Translations under genes and position numbers: made by a program | Notes under the pieces: model-generated | Told to the model about the DNA's origin: nothing | The model's database searches: none | Seen by the model: the letters and a program-made list of their open reading frames with translations, nothing else | From: Podarcis gaigeae | Lineage: Eukaryota | Assembly (NCBI GenBank): GCA_964106915.2 | Contig: OZ066925.1 | DNA length: 64,000 nucleotides | Reading direction: 5' to 3' (one strand) | Shown here: one piece after another, positions 1-56,460 of the stretch | Layout: each line of letters begins with the position of its first letter | Numbering within the stretch: position 1 is the first letter of the stretch

Positions 1-63
1 AGCGACGCAAAAACCAAAAAACCCTTTCGTCTTGCGAGGCATTCATCTTGCGGGGCACCACTG
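1..63. mobile_element. Right end of a Tigger/pogo-like MITE
   Basis: Ends ...gcggggcaccactg followed by TA; the reverse complement CAGTGGTGCCCCGCAAG resembles the TIR of the element at 15376. Confidence 0.55.
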
Positions 64-559
64 TATATTCATTAGGTCTGGAGAGAAGGCAGAAATATGC
101 TGCAACTATGTTGATAATACATGCTCAGCCCAGGTGGAGTGAGTGGAGCTGGAAAACACACTATCAACCCCCTCCCCCATAAAAATGGCACAGATCCACA
201 TTTCCTGTGAAATCTGTAGCCCTCCAGATGTTGACTATAACTCTTCTAAGCTTTGACCCTTGACTAAAATGGTTCTTGATGATACAAGTCGACTACAACC
301 TCTCAGGAGCCACCGGCAGGCTTTCCACCCCACCTAACAATGCAGCTTCCTGGATAGGTCACTGGCAGGGGGCACACAGCCCTCCTGTGACAAAGGCTCA
401 AGTACCATCCTGGGAGGAAATGATAAGCAGTGGGGAGGGGGGGCCGCAGCACGTGTTGCAGCACATTTCTGCATTCAATAGGGCTCTGAGCATATGCAGA
501 GTGCATGCCCCTGGCAGCAAAATAACCACTGGTCTCCCTAATAGAGATCTTCACATGAG

Positions 560-1670
560 CATTCCAAACCGGACATGAATTCTAATCCGCTGCTATTTTG
601 TGCCTCGAGGGGCGTCTCTGTGTGGTCGGCTTGTTGGCCGGTCTTCGATGCGATTCGTACACCCGCAAATTGTGATCTGGGGTGGGAAGTTGAAATGAAA
701 AGCACCCCTCTTTTGCAGGCGCTGAAGGTTTTATTTTTTTGCGGGGGGGGGGAAGACTCCCAACCCCGCAATAGTTACAAGTCTTTGGCTACTGCCTCCC
801 TCGTTCCCCTCCCCACCTGGTAACCACGTCCTCCCCCGTGGGCGCCCACGTTCTGGAGCGAAAGCTCCATTACCCTGAACGGAGCTTACTCCCGAGGAAC
901 TCGAAAGAACTGCAGTTTCGTGCTCTGGGGAGGGGGGCCCTCCCCAAGTAGAAGGAGGGAGGGAGGCGGGGCTGGGCTAGGACGGGGCGGCATTTCCTAC
1001 CGCCTCCCCGGATGAGGGCAGGAGGGAGGCCGAAGGCAGGGACTGGGCGCGGCATTGCTCGGGCGCTGGGGTAGGCAAAGGGGCGCGGGAGGACGACAGA
1101 AATGAGGGCCCCCGGCGTGGCGGCCCCCGGTGCCTCAGCCCCAGCCCGGGGAGAAGAGGGGAAGCCACTTCCCGCTCTCGGCGCCCGGCAGCAGATGGCG
1201 CCCCATCCGAGGCAGCCGCGACGGAGGCGGGCGCTGCTTTTCGGCTCCTGAGGGGAAAAGGGAGCCCTCTGCAAATGGCCTCCCTCGAGGACACACGTAC
1301 ACCCCTTTTAAAACGGGTGGAAAGAGGTGTGAGGCGAAGTAGACACGGGACCTTATTTAACATGTACTCCAAAGCCCCCCCCCCTTCCCCGTTTCAAATC
1401 GGATTATAATGTCGCCACGCCTGTTTTGCACCGACTAGAGGCGAATTAGGGGCTCAAATTTGCGTGAAGCAAATCTAGCAGCGGTATTTCCCAGTAAAGT
1501 GCAGGGTGCCTAGGCGTTTTGGGTAATGTCATGTGAAAAACAGGTGGAAAATCCAGCACTTTAAATACAGCGAGAGCGCTACAGTAAATGGAAGCGTGGA
1601 CATAGCCGAAGAAGTTCGCGATTAGTAACTGCCCACTCCTGGACGACACTGCCCCCCCCCCCGAGTATTT
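560..1670. promoter_or_regulatory. CpG island / GC-rich promoter region of NSUN6, probably containing the non-coding first exon
   Basis: High GC and CpG density against an otherwise CpG-depleted window. GC boxes (gggaggcggggc 961-972, ggggcgg near 984-990). Lies just upstream of the first NSUN6 coding exon. TSS and exon 1 boundaries cannot be determined from sequence. Confidence 0.75.
1188..1201 (+). promoter_or_regulatory. Candidate CTCF-binding motif (GCAGCAGATGGCGC)
   Basis: 13/14 match to the CTCF core consensus CCASYAGRKGGCRS, inside the CpG island. Motif match only. Confidence 0.4.
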
Positions 1671-2159
1671 CCATGCCAATCCAAGAGAGAAAAAGATGGA
1701 TGCAATGATAAGATTATTGGCAGGCCATTTTAAAAAATGGGCTTGGAATCTTGGCCTTGTTGCTCATGCTTCCTTCATACTAACTGTTGTACAGGACCGT
1801 TTAGCTTATTTAGTGCCACTCATTCTCATAGAACATTAAATTATTGCTTCAATAATCATTACATTACATAATTTATGATACAACCAGCTGCAACGTATAG
1901 CAGACAAAATGCAGCTTATTACTGCTATAAACCATCATTCACTTTGGGAATGGCACTGTTTGGCTGAATATTAAAGCTGGTGAAGTGACGAGGTCAACTT
2001 ACATCATGCCTTAAATTTGTTTCATATTCTATGACAATGTAGGAGAAAAAGATTATAAAAGAAGCTTTTTAATCTGAATTTGTTTGGTTTTGAATTGTTC
2101 ATGTGAAAATGATTCTCTTTCTCCAGATGTGTTAAAAAAAATAGGAGACAGTAAAGACT

Positions 2160-22647
<20,488 letters not shown>

Positions 22648-23007
22648 AAATCATGGCTTTAGAAGTCAACATAAAAAGCACCCCTTCTGTTAACATTTGG
22701 AGCATTCTGAACTCTACCTTCATGCTGCTGCAATGTTGCCAAGCCAACGGACTGACGACACAGTTGCCATAGCAGCAGCAAAATCTGCCAGCTGTTTCCT
22801 TTGGGAGAGATCCACAGGTTGGAGAAACAAGTCTGAGGGAAGGGGCAGCTTCAATTTGTAAAGCTCCATTTGGTTTTATATTAGCAGTAGGTCACTGATT
22901 CTAGAAACATGCTTGTTTTTCAGTTTGTCTAAAAGATTTTATTTTTTTAGAAAAAAAGCTGCAATTATGTACAGTAGAAAATCTGCTTTCAAAGTATTTT
23001 ATCAGTA

Positions 23008-23089
23008 ATTAAATACACTGTCACATGTTGTAAAACCTTATCCGAACTCTCAAATTGCTGTTTTTGAAAAACAATTTTATATTATTAAA
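23008..23089 (+). terminator. Candidate NSUN6 polyadenylation signals (ATTAAA at 23008-23013 and 23084-23089)
   Basis: ATTAAA hexamers in AT-rich sequence about 0.4 kb after the stop codon. Motif only. Confidence 0.4.
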
Positions 23090-24251
23090 TGGCATTTCTT
23101 ACAAAACAATATTAATCTTTTAAGTGATATTGTACATCTTGGTGCTTTAAATTATTAATCCATGTCTTCTAAGCAGATATCTTTCAAGGCCTAATCCTAT
23201 TTTCCTTGTATCTTGACTTTCTAGCAGCATTCTAACATTCTGTTTCCGGAGAATGCAGATTTGTGAACTCCAAGATCAGCTGTCCCATATTTTATTCTGA
23301 GACTGATGTAAAGAAATACTATTAAGCTAACAGACCAAAAATTCCTTCAAGCGTCACCATCATCTTTGGCCCTAGAAGGAGTGGCAACTCAGAATCCTAG
23401 CATTCACATTGCTTTTATATTGTCTCATTTTTATTTTTATTTTAAATAGCCTTTGCATCCCAGAAATGCTTCTATTGTAATATGTTTGTGATTTATAGAT
23501 TTGGGTATTCCACTGAATTTCAGGAACCAACAAGTGGATACTCAATTCCAGCAGTAATTATTATTATTATTTAATTATATACCACTTACTAGAACAAATG
23601 CCACCAAGCAGTTTAGAATGATGTAATATATATGGAATGGGGAATGTTGAGTGGTTAATGTGCATAACTGGCCAGTGTACAGATGCACCAGGCATCAGGG
23701 AGAATGTGCACATAATTCATCCATGAATAGTGCACATTTTACAGGCAATATGCATAGTCTCCAGAGGAACTTGGGAAATGCATATATATCTACAGAATCC
23801 TGTACATCCTCTGGTCATTATGTATAATCTCCAAGAGTCATTGGGAGGGGGGATATATCTGACCTTTGTTTTGTACGTTCTGCAGGCAGCAAGCACATTC
23901 TCTGGTCAGTATGCATAGTCCTATCTCTTGTTTGCAAGAGTACAATCCATCTCCTCTGCCCTTCTGTTGGTCCACTGATTAATCAAGGCCCACAACAGAT
24001 CCTCCTATTGATCAACTGATTAGCAGCAGGAAGAAGGGATCCATGTTTTAAAAAATAACTTATTTTGCATTCCAGCCCTTTACACCACTCTCAGCTGTTC
24101 CCCAGTCAGCTTAGCAGCACAACAGGGATAGTAGGGAAAGCTTTAAACCTTCCCACCATCTTCCCCAATTTTGATGGAAATTGCCCCCTGCCCAATGCTA
24201 TTAAGCTTAGGAAAAAACAGCATTGGGGCAGTCATCATAGGAATCACAGGG

Positions 24252-24663
24252 TGTCATGGGCCAGGAGTCGGCTTCACCTGCTGAACAGCAGCCTGAAGGG
24301 GAAGAAGGCAGAGTGGCTCCACCTGCAGCTGATCAGGAGGAGAAGGCCCTGATGAGAACCAGCTGGCTTTCAGCCTTCTTAAGCAGAGTTTCCAGCAGCA
24401 GTGAGATGCTGGTAACGTTTGTAGTTTCTGGGCCTAACTTGCTGCTCCCTGCTCCTCTTGACCCTTGGCCACCTGCTCATCAGATTCTTTGACCCCTGGA
24501 CTGTCTGACCACATGGATTGCTGTTTGCCCCACCCTAGGACTGGACCTGACTTTGGATGCCGACTCTGCCTCCAGGCAAGTATACCTCAGAGACCCTTTG
24601 GGTTGGCTGGTTTCCCACTGCACTGAGCTCTGCATGTTTTTGCTCAGCAACAAGACTATGACA
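24252..24663. mobile_element. Probable solo LTR (Gypsy-like termini)
   Basis: 412-bp GC-richer block bounded by TGTCAT...ATGACA. The flanking 5-mers caggg/ctgga match only partly. Confidence 0.5.
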
Positions 24664-25004
24664 CTGGAGGGAAGTTTCAGCTTGCTGAGGAAAATCACCA
24701 TCAAGTAGAAATCCTGACTGAATCAATTTGGTGCTAGTTTTCTATATCATAAACAAGTTTCACTGAAAGCAATGGAATGAAACTTAGTAATTGAGTTTTG
24801 TACTGTAGCATGGGACTGAAATATCTAGATCTTCCCCTGCTTTATGTACATATAAAAAAGTAGCCTGGAACATTGTGTCCTGGCATGTAGATACAGGAAG
24901 TCTTGTGTATATGAGAGGGGAGATTCAAATGTGGTGTCTGATACAAATTCTGTCTGAAACGGGAAGACTCAGCAACATATAAATCAGGTGGAACTGTGTA
25001 AGGA

Positions 25005-25177
25005 AATAAACAACTATCTGACTTTTAGAAGACATCTGAAGGCAGCCCTGTTCAGGGAAGTTTTTAATGTTTGATGTTTTATTGCTTTGTTATTAATATT
25101 CTATTGGGAGCCACCCAGAGTGGCTGGGGAAACCCAGCCAGATGGGCGGGGTATAAATATTTTTTTATTATTGTTAT
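25005..25177 (+). mobile_element. L2-like LINE 3' end
   Basis: gacttttagaagacatctgaaggcagccctgttcagg (FRRHLKAALF), then cccagagtggctggggaaacccagccagatgggcggggtataaat and an ATT-type tail. Confidence 0.65.
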
Positions 25178-26639
25178 CTTGAATTTAAGTTCTGTTCGTT
25201 AATCTTAATTGGGCTTGGGCAAAATTGGCTTTTGCTGCGCAAAGCTGTAGGTTTTTCTGCTAGAAGATCTAACTAAATTTATTTCTGAAGTTAATGTGAA
25301 CTTGAGTCATTGACTTCAGTGTAGAGGAGGTTACAACTTCCACAAACGACTCTTGAGGGCATTGTGTGAGAGACAGCAAGAGGTTTCCTGTTTGCCTGAG
25401 CATCAGAGGCTGCTGCAATTCTATAGCGTGTGCACACATACACACAGTTGCTTCCAGCACTAAACATTCGCTTGAATCCATAGGATTTCTTACAAGTATT
25501 AAAACATAGCAGTGTGGTTCACATATTCTTGTATCAAAAAACATTTGGTTTAAGAGAACAAGGGAGGTACATATTTATGGACCAAAAATCTGCCTTAAGT
25601 TGCATGCTAGGTAAACGTTTTCCAGTGTAGCTAGCTTTACAACATAGCCTCCATCTATCCTCCCTTGCATTTAGTTTTTCAGATCTGATACAGGTTGGAG
25701 TCATCACTGAAATTCAGGACAGTAGGAGTGCAGTGATTGCCTTCCTCCACCAAGGACCTGCTTACCATGTGTTTTCATTTGCATTAATGACTTACTTTAC
25801 TGTCAACAGGGCTGTATGTTGATGGGAGGGTGAAACAAGGTTGACAGATGCTATTAAGAGAAGGCATGAGTGGAGGCAGCCTGGCATTGAATTAAAGCAT
25901 CTGTTTCACCATGAGTGAAATGTAAGTCAGCTAGAAAAAGGAGGCAATGACTAGGTCCTGCATTTATGACTAAATGTTAATAGGCCTAGCCTGTGCAACA
26001 CATATATTACAGTAATGCTGGGTTGTTTTACTTTTGCTTAAACAGTTGCACTCTATTCCTTAACATAAGCTTTGCAAGAAGCTAGCTATTGTTTGAAAAA
26101 ATCAGGGAGCCCAGCCTCAGTGTTTCCTGCGGAGGGCGAGAATTGGAGTGGAAATCCCGAGGGGAAAATGTGAGTTTGTGGAGGTTAATATATAGAGTCT
26201 ACTATGTACATGTTTGTTACTTCCATGGCACAGAATGTGCAAGAATCTGTCGTGGCAAGAATGAATTTGTAAGTGCATTAACTCAATCAAGTAGAAGGGG
26301 TTTTTTAAATCCTAAAATTTCTTCCTCTTTATTCATTGAGATTTGCCTTTTTAAAGGAAATTTATTGAATTATATGAGCCCGGGGGTAGGAATTTAACTT
26401 GACTGTGACTCTGTGGTAACTAGCATACATACTGCAGTTTAATTCTGCATACCTAGCAAGCCCTCTTAGTGTCTGGAAAATCATTACATTACCTGTTTTG
26501 TTTCCAAACTTTTAGTGGAGACGAAACAATAAAAACAATATAAATTTCACTTATAAATGTTTACCCATTCTTCATAATCTTGACTTAAGATCAAAATCCT
26601 TCTTAAATGTACTGTTGCATCTTCATTATTGCCAGTCAA

Positions 26640-26925
26640 CATATTATTATTATTACCATCATCATTAATTATTAGTGTTCTATTAAGTTTGTATACCATC
26701 CTTCATCTGAAGACCACAGAGTGGTTTACAAACATAAAAATACCAAATGAGAACACAAAAAATAATAAAACAAAAGCAACCCCCCCCCCAAATCCCCATT
26801 AAAAATGCCATGAAGTGCTAATCAGCCATAGGCCTGGTCACAAAGAAACGTTTTCACCTGGCACCTAACGGTATGCAGTGAAGGCGCCAGGCGAGACTCT
26901 TTGGGGGAAGGATTCCACTAAGTGC
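26640..26925 (-). mobile_element. L2-like LINE 3' fragment
   Basis: The - strand reads tggaatccttcccc...gcgccttcactgcatacc..., similar to the LWNSLP region, and ends in a TAA-rich tail. A related tail lies near 47790-47900. Confidence 0.5.
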
Positions 26926-28120
26926 CTGTGCCAAGTGCCCCTTACCATACTTACCCCTACCCTGAATGACTAACTGGGGAGCTTCTGCTCTTTCCAGCTC
27001 TCCTCCCACAGCTTTCAGTTAAAAAACAAACAAACAACCCTCTCCAAGGTTAAAAACACGTAAGTTAAAAAGCTTTTAGTATTCAGCACAAATCCTGATT
27101 ATTAGGGCAAAGGGCATTTGCCATTTTACAATGCTGTAAATAAAGCAAAGTTGTATATGCATAGCACTTTCTTCAATGTATAGCACTTTCTTCATCTGAG
27201 TGTTTTAATATTGATTTGATTATTTAAAAACCCTGTTGTATTCTGCCTGAATGTCAGGTTCTTGGTGAGCAGCTTCGTAACAGAAAAACGACCCATCACT
27301 TTGCAAGAAGTACAAGGCCAGCCTACCTCTTCTCTTTCTCTTAAGAGTAATTGAGGAAAACACATTATGGATAGGGTTATTAAGTACCAAATAGTAATCA
27401 TTAAAAGATTATGAGCTATAGTACTCAGCCTTGACACCAATAGATTTGTTAGAATTCATCAGTTTGCTAATAGTGCATACTATGAAGAAATGAATAAACA
27501 TTGGATTGCATCTAAACCAAGTTAGTTGTACTTAAATCCCATTTAAATCAATGAGACAAGCTAGTTGTCACCTTTAAGACCTATTGATTTCAATGGAAAC
27601 TAACATAGCAATCTTATATACTTCTATTCAAAAGTGTCATTGAGATCAGTTGAATTGCATCCATATAAATGAATAGAATTGCAGTCCAAATGAACTATCT
27701 GAATCAAACCCATTGAGTTTCCAGTTCCAACTGGACAATTACAACGTTCATAGCTTTATATGGAAGCTTGTTGCAGAAGCTGAAGAATTTGAAATCCTGC
27801 CAAAGTGTTGCAAAGATTAACTTTAAGTAGAACAAATCCTGCAGCAATAAAGAATGGGCTTTAAAAGCCAGATTCAAAGTATTAAGAGTAATGACTATAG
27901 TCAGGGAAGTGGGGGGTAGGGCTTTAGAATATTGGGAATTTGAGCAGAAATACAACAAATAGTGAGAAGCCCCCCACCAAGGAATCATGGGTGGAGAGGT
28001 GGGAATACTCTCCCTAATTAGAAAGTGTCTACAGAGCTCTGGGATAAATAGCTTCCTGTTCACCTAACCCTGGACATTGGCAGTCTAGCATTATATTGTA
28101 ATTGCCTCATAGTACTGTAG

Positions 28121-28122
<2 letters not shown>

Positions 28123-28187
<65 letters not shown>
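28123..28187. repeat. Compound (GT)n(GA)n microsatellite
   Basis: Read directly. Confidence 0.95.
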
Positions 28188-28189
<2 letters not shown>

Positions 28190-28320
28190 GCCGATTCCTG
28201 AGTTCCTTCTAATTCTTCGAGTCCTATTAAAGTCTCATAGCGCAGCAGTTACCCATTAGCTAAGTACTGCAGCTTCCGTTTTTCAAAAGCCAAGCCATGT
28301 ACCCCATATTATTGACAATT

Positions 28321-28738
28321 TTTATTTCTCTTTGGTAGTTTTTGTTATTTGAATGGTGCCACAGACCCCCTGGGTGGATTACACTGACCCCCCGATTTGG
28401 AACCACTGTCCACAAGAATGATGTGAATGTCTTTCCCACTGGGTATTCTGGAACTTGTTCCAGTCCCCAGCACATAAATTGTGTGTGTGGAGCACCTGTC
28501 TCCATTACCGCCTTCCCTTTTCCGACTGTATTAACTCGCTCTCATTACAAGTATACTAGCTGTACAGGGCAAACCTGAAATTCAGTTTGGAGGCTTGCTT
28601 GCTTCTGTCAGGAAGTTACAATAGCCTTTTAGGAACTTGCTAGAGGCTAAAATCCAGAGGCAAGTGTCGGAAGGCCATGTTAACCAGGATACAGAGATTG
28701 TCAAATATAGGAAAGTGGAGAAGCTACAAAAATTTATT
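28321..28738 (-). terminator. Candidate CACNB2 polyadenylation signals (AATAAA on - strand at 28733-28738 and 28321-28326)
   Basis: AATAAA hexamers 1.6-2.0 kb downstream of the CACNB2 stop, in repeat-poor, 3'UTR-like sequence. Motif only. Confidence 0.35.
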
Positions 28739-30306
28739 TTCCAACAAAATAACTCTCCACAAGCAGTGTAAACTTTTCTTACTAAAACAAATACTCTAAA
28801 ACACAAAAAGATTTTACATTTCCAGTGAAACACTCAGTCACATTTGCCTGTGTTTTTTACTTTCCTGGATCCTCAACGAAGAGCCAGCAGATTGATGCTT
28901 TCCCAATTACCTGTAGACATAAACTTCCTCATGTTGCTTGCCTGCAATTTGGACCTTTAGAGTTGCAGACAGAAGGAAAACCCTTACTCATTTTTGGAAT
29001 AATTACATTCTCGGGACCAACTGATGTGGTATGATTCAGCCCCAATTGCCATATTTAGCTGCTCAAATGAGTTCTCTGCTGCCATGGCCAGTGTGGTGCT
29101 TGAAATCTAAGCCTGGGAGATCATGTGGTCCTTTGATAAGAGGGCGTATTGAAAGGGTGGGAATCCCTTTTCATGAAAGTACAATTAAGGATTTCCTGAC
29201 ATTGTACTGCATGTGTGTACAAATCGTAATACCTGAGCAGCTAAAGGTGGAAATTATGGTTGATTCATAACATATGGGTTGCCTATAGAGTCTTCTGTGT
29301 ACCCTTCACAAGCACTCCTGTCATAAATTGTTTTACACACAAACACACACTTGCACAATGTCAAATGTGGCCTATCAAGTTGACAAGAAAAAACGTTATC
29401 TGTGTGCTCACTGCAATTAGTGTGTCCTGTTTAGAGCATTTATAGTGTCACATTATTTTTGCTGTAGATTTAAAAATGCAAAAATGATTTTAAGTTTGCA
29501 AGGACAATCCAACCTTTTATCCTAATGTATTCCTATTTACACTAAATATAAGCTTTCTGCTACTGAAGAAAGTGAGTCTAGAGTGAACCTTGTTAACAAA
29601 TTTCCTGAATGAGGCTAGTTCCAGTTGCCAGTAATTCAAAAGCAAATCTGCTGACTTGGCATTAGGACTTTAAACAGTGTGGTCAATCTTATATAAGAAG
29701 GTGTTTGCAGAAATAACATTTATAAACTGTCTATACAGTACACAGTACCAGTACATAGAAAAGAGATTTTGACTTTTATGATCCCCTGTGTGTAAGGCAA
29801 AACTGAATTCTGTCTCCAAATGTAGTCCACTAGAAGTACAATCAACAGAAAGTGGCTCTCAAATCAATGGCAAATCAGGTGCCTAACAATTAAAAAAAAT
29901 CAAAACAGATGAGAGCTTCAGTTTTGGATGTGCTGATTTTGGCTTGCGGAAAAACATGGGAAGTTAATAAACACCAATTGTATTTTGTCTGAAAACACTA
30001 ACAACACCTTGATGACAACAGATATTGTTCAAGTGGCAGCTACCAAAAACGACTTTGGGGGGAGAAAAGCTTGGTACAACACCAGGGACTTCGCAGTTGT
30101 ACTATGCCAATGTGTTATAGCACTAATCAAAATGAATATTCTATTTCATGCTATTGCTGTGATAGCAACAGCAATTTTTTTTTTTAAAGCAGCATACAGG
30201 ATACCACATGTTCTGCAATGAAAACCCAGATTTGTTCTTTTTAAAAAGGGAGTGGGGTGGGGCTTTGTCATACACAACTTCAAAAGAAAGACAAAACTGC
30301 CAAACG

Positions 30307-54718
<24,412 letters not shown>

Positions 54719-56094
54719 CTGTAGAGCAAAATGAGAGAAAGAGAGTTGATATTTCCCCCGGCATTAAAATGTGCTTGTCTTCAATGAAAACACTGAAAAG
54801 TCTGGGGAGTATTTCATAAGAGGCAATCAAAGTGATGATATTATGCTGAGGATAGATGGCAGTTTTCCAAATAACTTAGAAGTGGGAGACCTGTAACAAA
54901 TGTGATTATTCCAGAGGCACCTTCACAAGGTCAGGGAGAAGACTCATTGCCTGTTGACAAGTTTCCCAGACTTGCCCACTGACAACTCTCCCAGCAAGTA
55001 TAGTTAACAGTTACCTAGACATTAGAAAGTAAAGCAGCTTTGGTATCTCATCTGTGGTACCAGACAAGTCTCTTTTGTAACCTAATTATGAAGCTTATAA
55101 AGAAGAACAAATGCAAGGAGTCTGTTTCCACCAAATTTGAAAGTCCGTTCATTTATATCCACCCTTGCCCATTAAGTGACAGCATCTTTATGTGGTGATT
55201 GCCTATTGAAAACATCATACATATTGTTGGGAGAAATGGCTTCTCTGCAACAGGATGGGGGGAATCAGTGGTGGGGCTCTAAAACAAAAGGTTGCAATGT
55301 GGAGTTGTTCAGGATTCCAACTACTTCCCATAGTTTTCTTCCCCTTACACCACCAGTCAGTGAGGATTCCAAGCTTACTGGGCATGCTCACTGGACTGTT
55401 TTCGGGGGGGGGGGGTTACACCTCAATTTGGGGTTGCCTTGTCATTTTTACTTTATTTTACTAAAGATGTTTTGCACTCCTGCAAACCTCAAAGTTACCC
55501 CAAGTCGCCTAGTGTGAATACATATGTATAAAGATACAATATATGAATTAGATGTGATTTCAATTCAGTGAACATTATAGTATAGTAAATGTGATTCTCC
55601 CCTCTATTTTGCAAACAAGCAGATTCTGCAGTGAAGTTAAGTTAGCAACTGACAACAGGTAATATCACATGCTTAGAAGATATAACTAATACGATTATAA
55701 AACTATTCATGTTTGTGGCCTTCATGGTAGAAATATATTATTTTACATTAGGAGTAGAGAACATTTTTTTCCTGTTAAGGACCACAGTCGCCTGAGGTAA
55801 TCCATTGAGGGCTACATGCAAATGATGAGCAAAAGTAAAAAATGTGCAGGTTACCACCTTTTTGCCACTTCTTTAACAACCCTCTCTCTCCACAACAGTC
55901 TGCCAGGGGACAAAGGACTTTTGCCATAGGTCTAAACTGATATTTTACTAAAACTGGTATTTATTTTTTTAAAATGGAAAGAGGCTAGTGTGAGTACTTG
56001 AGTCCAAAGCCATTTAGGGCTTTATATGCTGGTACTAACACACTTAACATGTTATCTAAACTAGAACATTTGAACACAAGCATCACAGTTCAGT

Positions 56095-56460
56095 AGGGGA
56101 CGCAGGTGGCGCTGTGGGTTAAAGCCTCAGCGCCTAGGACTTGCCGATCGAAAGGTCGGCGGTTCGAATCCCTGTGGCGGGGTGTGCTCCCGCTGCTCGG
56201 TCCCAGCGCCTGCCAACCTAGCAGTTCGAAAGCACCTCCGGGTGCAAGTAGATAAATAGGGACCGCTTACCAGCGGGAAGGTAAACGGCGTTTCCGTGTG
56301 CGGCTCTGGCTCGCCAGAGCAGCGATGTCACGCTGGCCACGTGACCCGGAAGTGTCTCCGGACAGCGCTGGCCCCTGGCCTCTTAAGTGAGATGGGCGCA
56401 CAACCCCAGAGTCTGTCAAGACTGGCTCGTACGGGCAGGGGTACCTTTACCTTTACCTTT
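56095..56460 (+). mobile_element. Sauria SINE, full length, young
   Basis: Near-identical to the copy at 52882; (ACCTTT)3 tail; 13-bp TSD atcacagttcagt at 56082-56094 and 56461-56473. Confidence 0.92.

Noticed and set aside
870-1372. 130-aa ORFs in the GC-rich region; possible first exon of a divergent neighbouring gene
   Set aside because: These are low-complexity Pro/Arg/Ala/Gly ORFs typical of CpG islands. I saw no recognisable protein such as ARL5B, the head-to-head neighbour in human.
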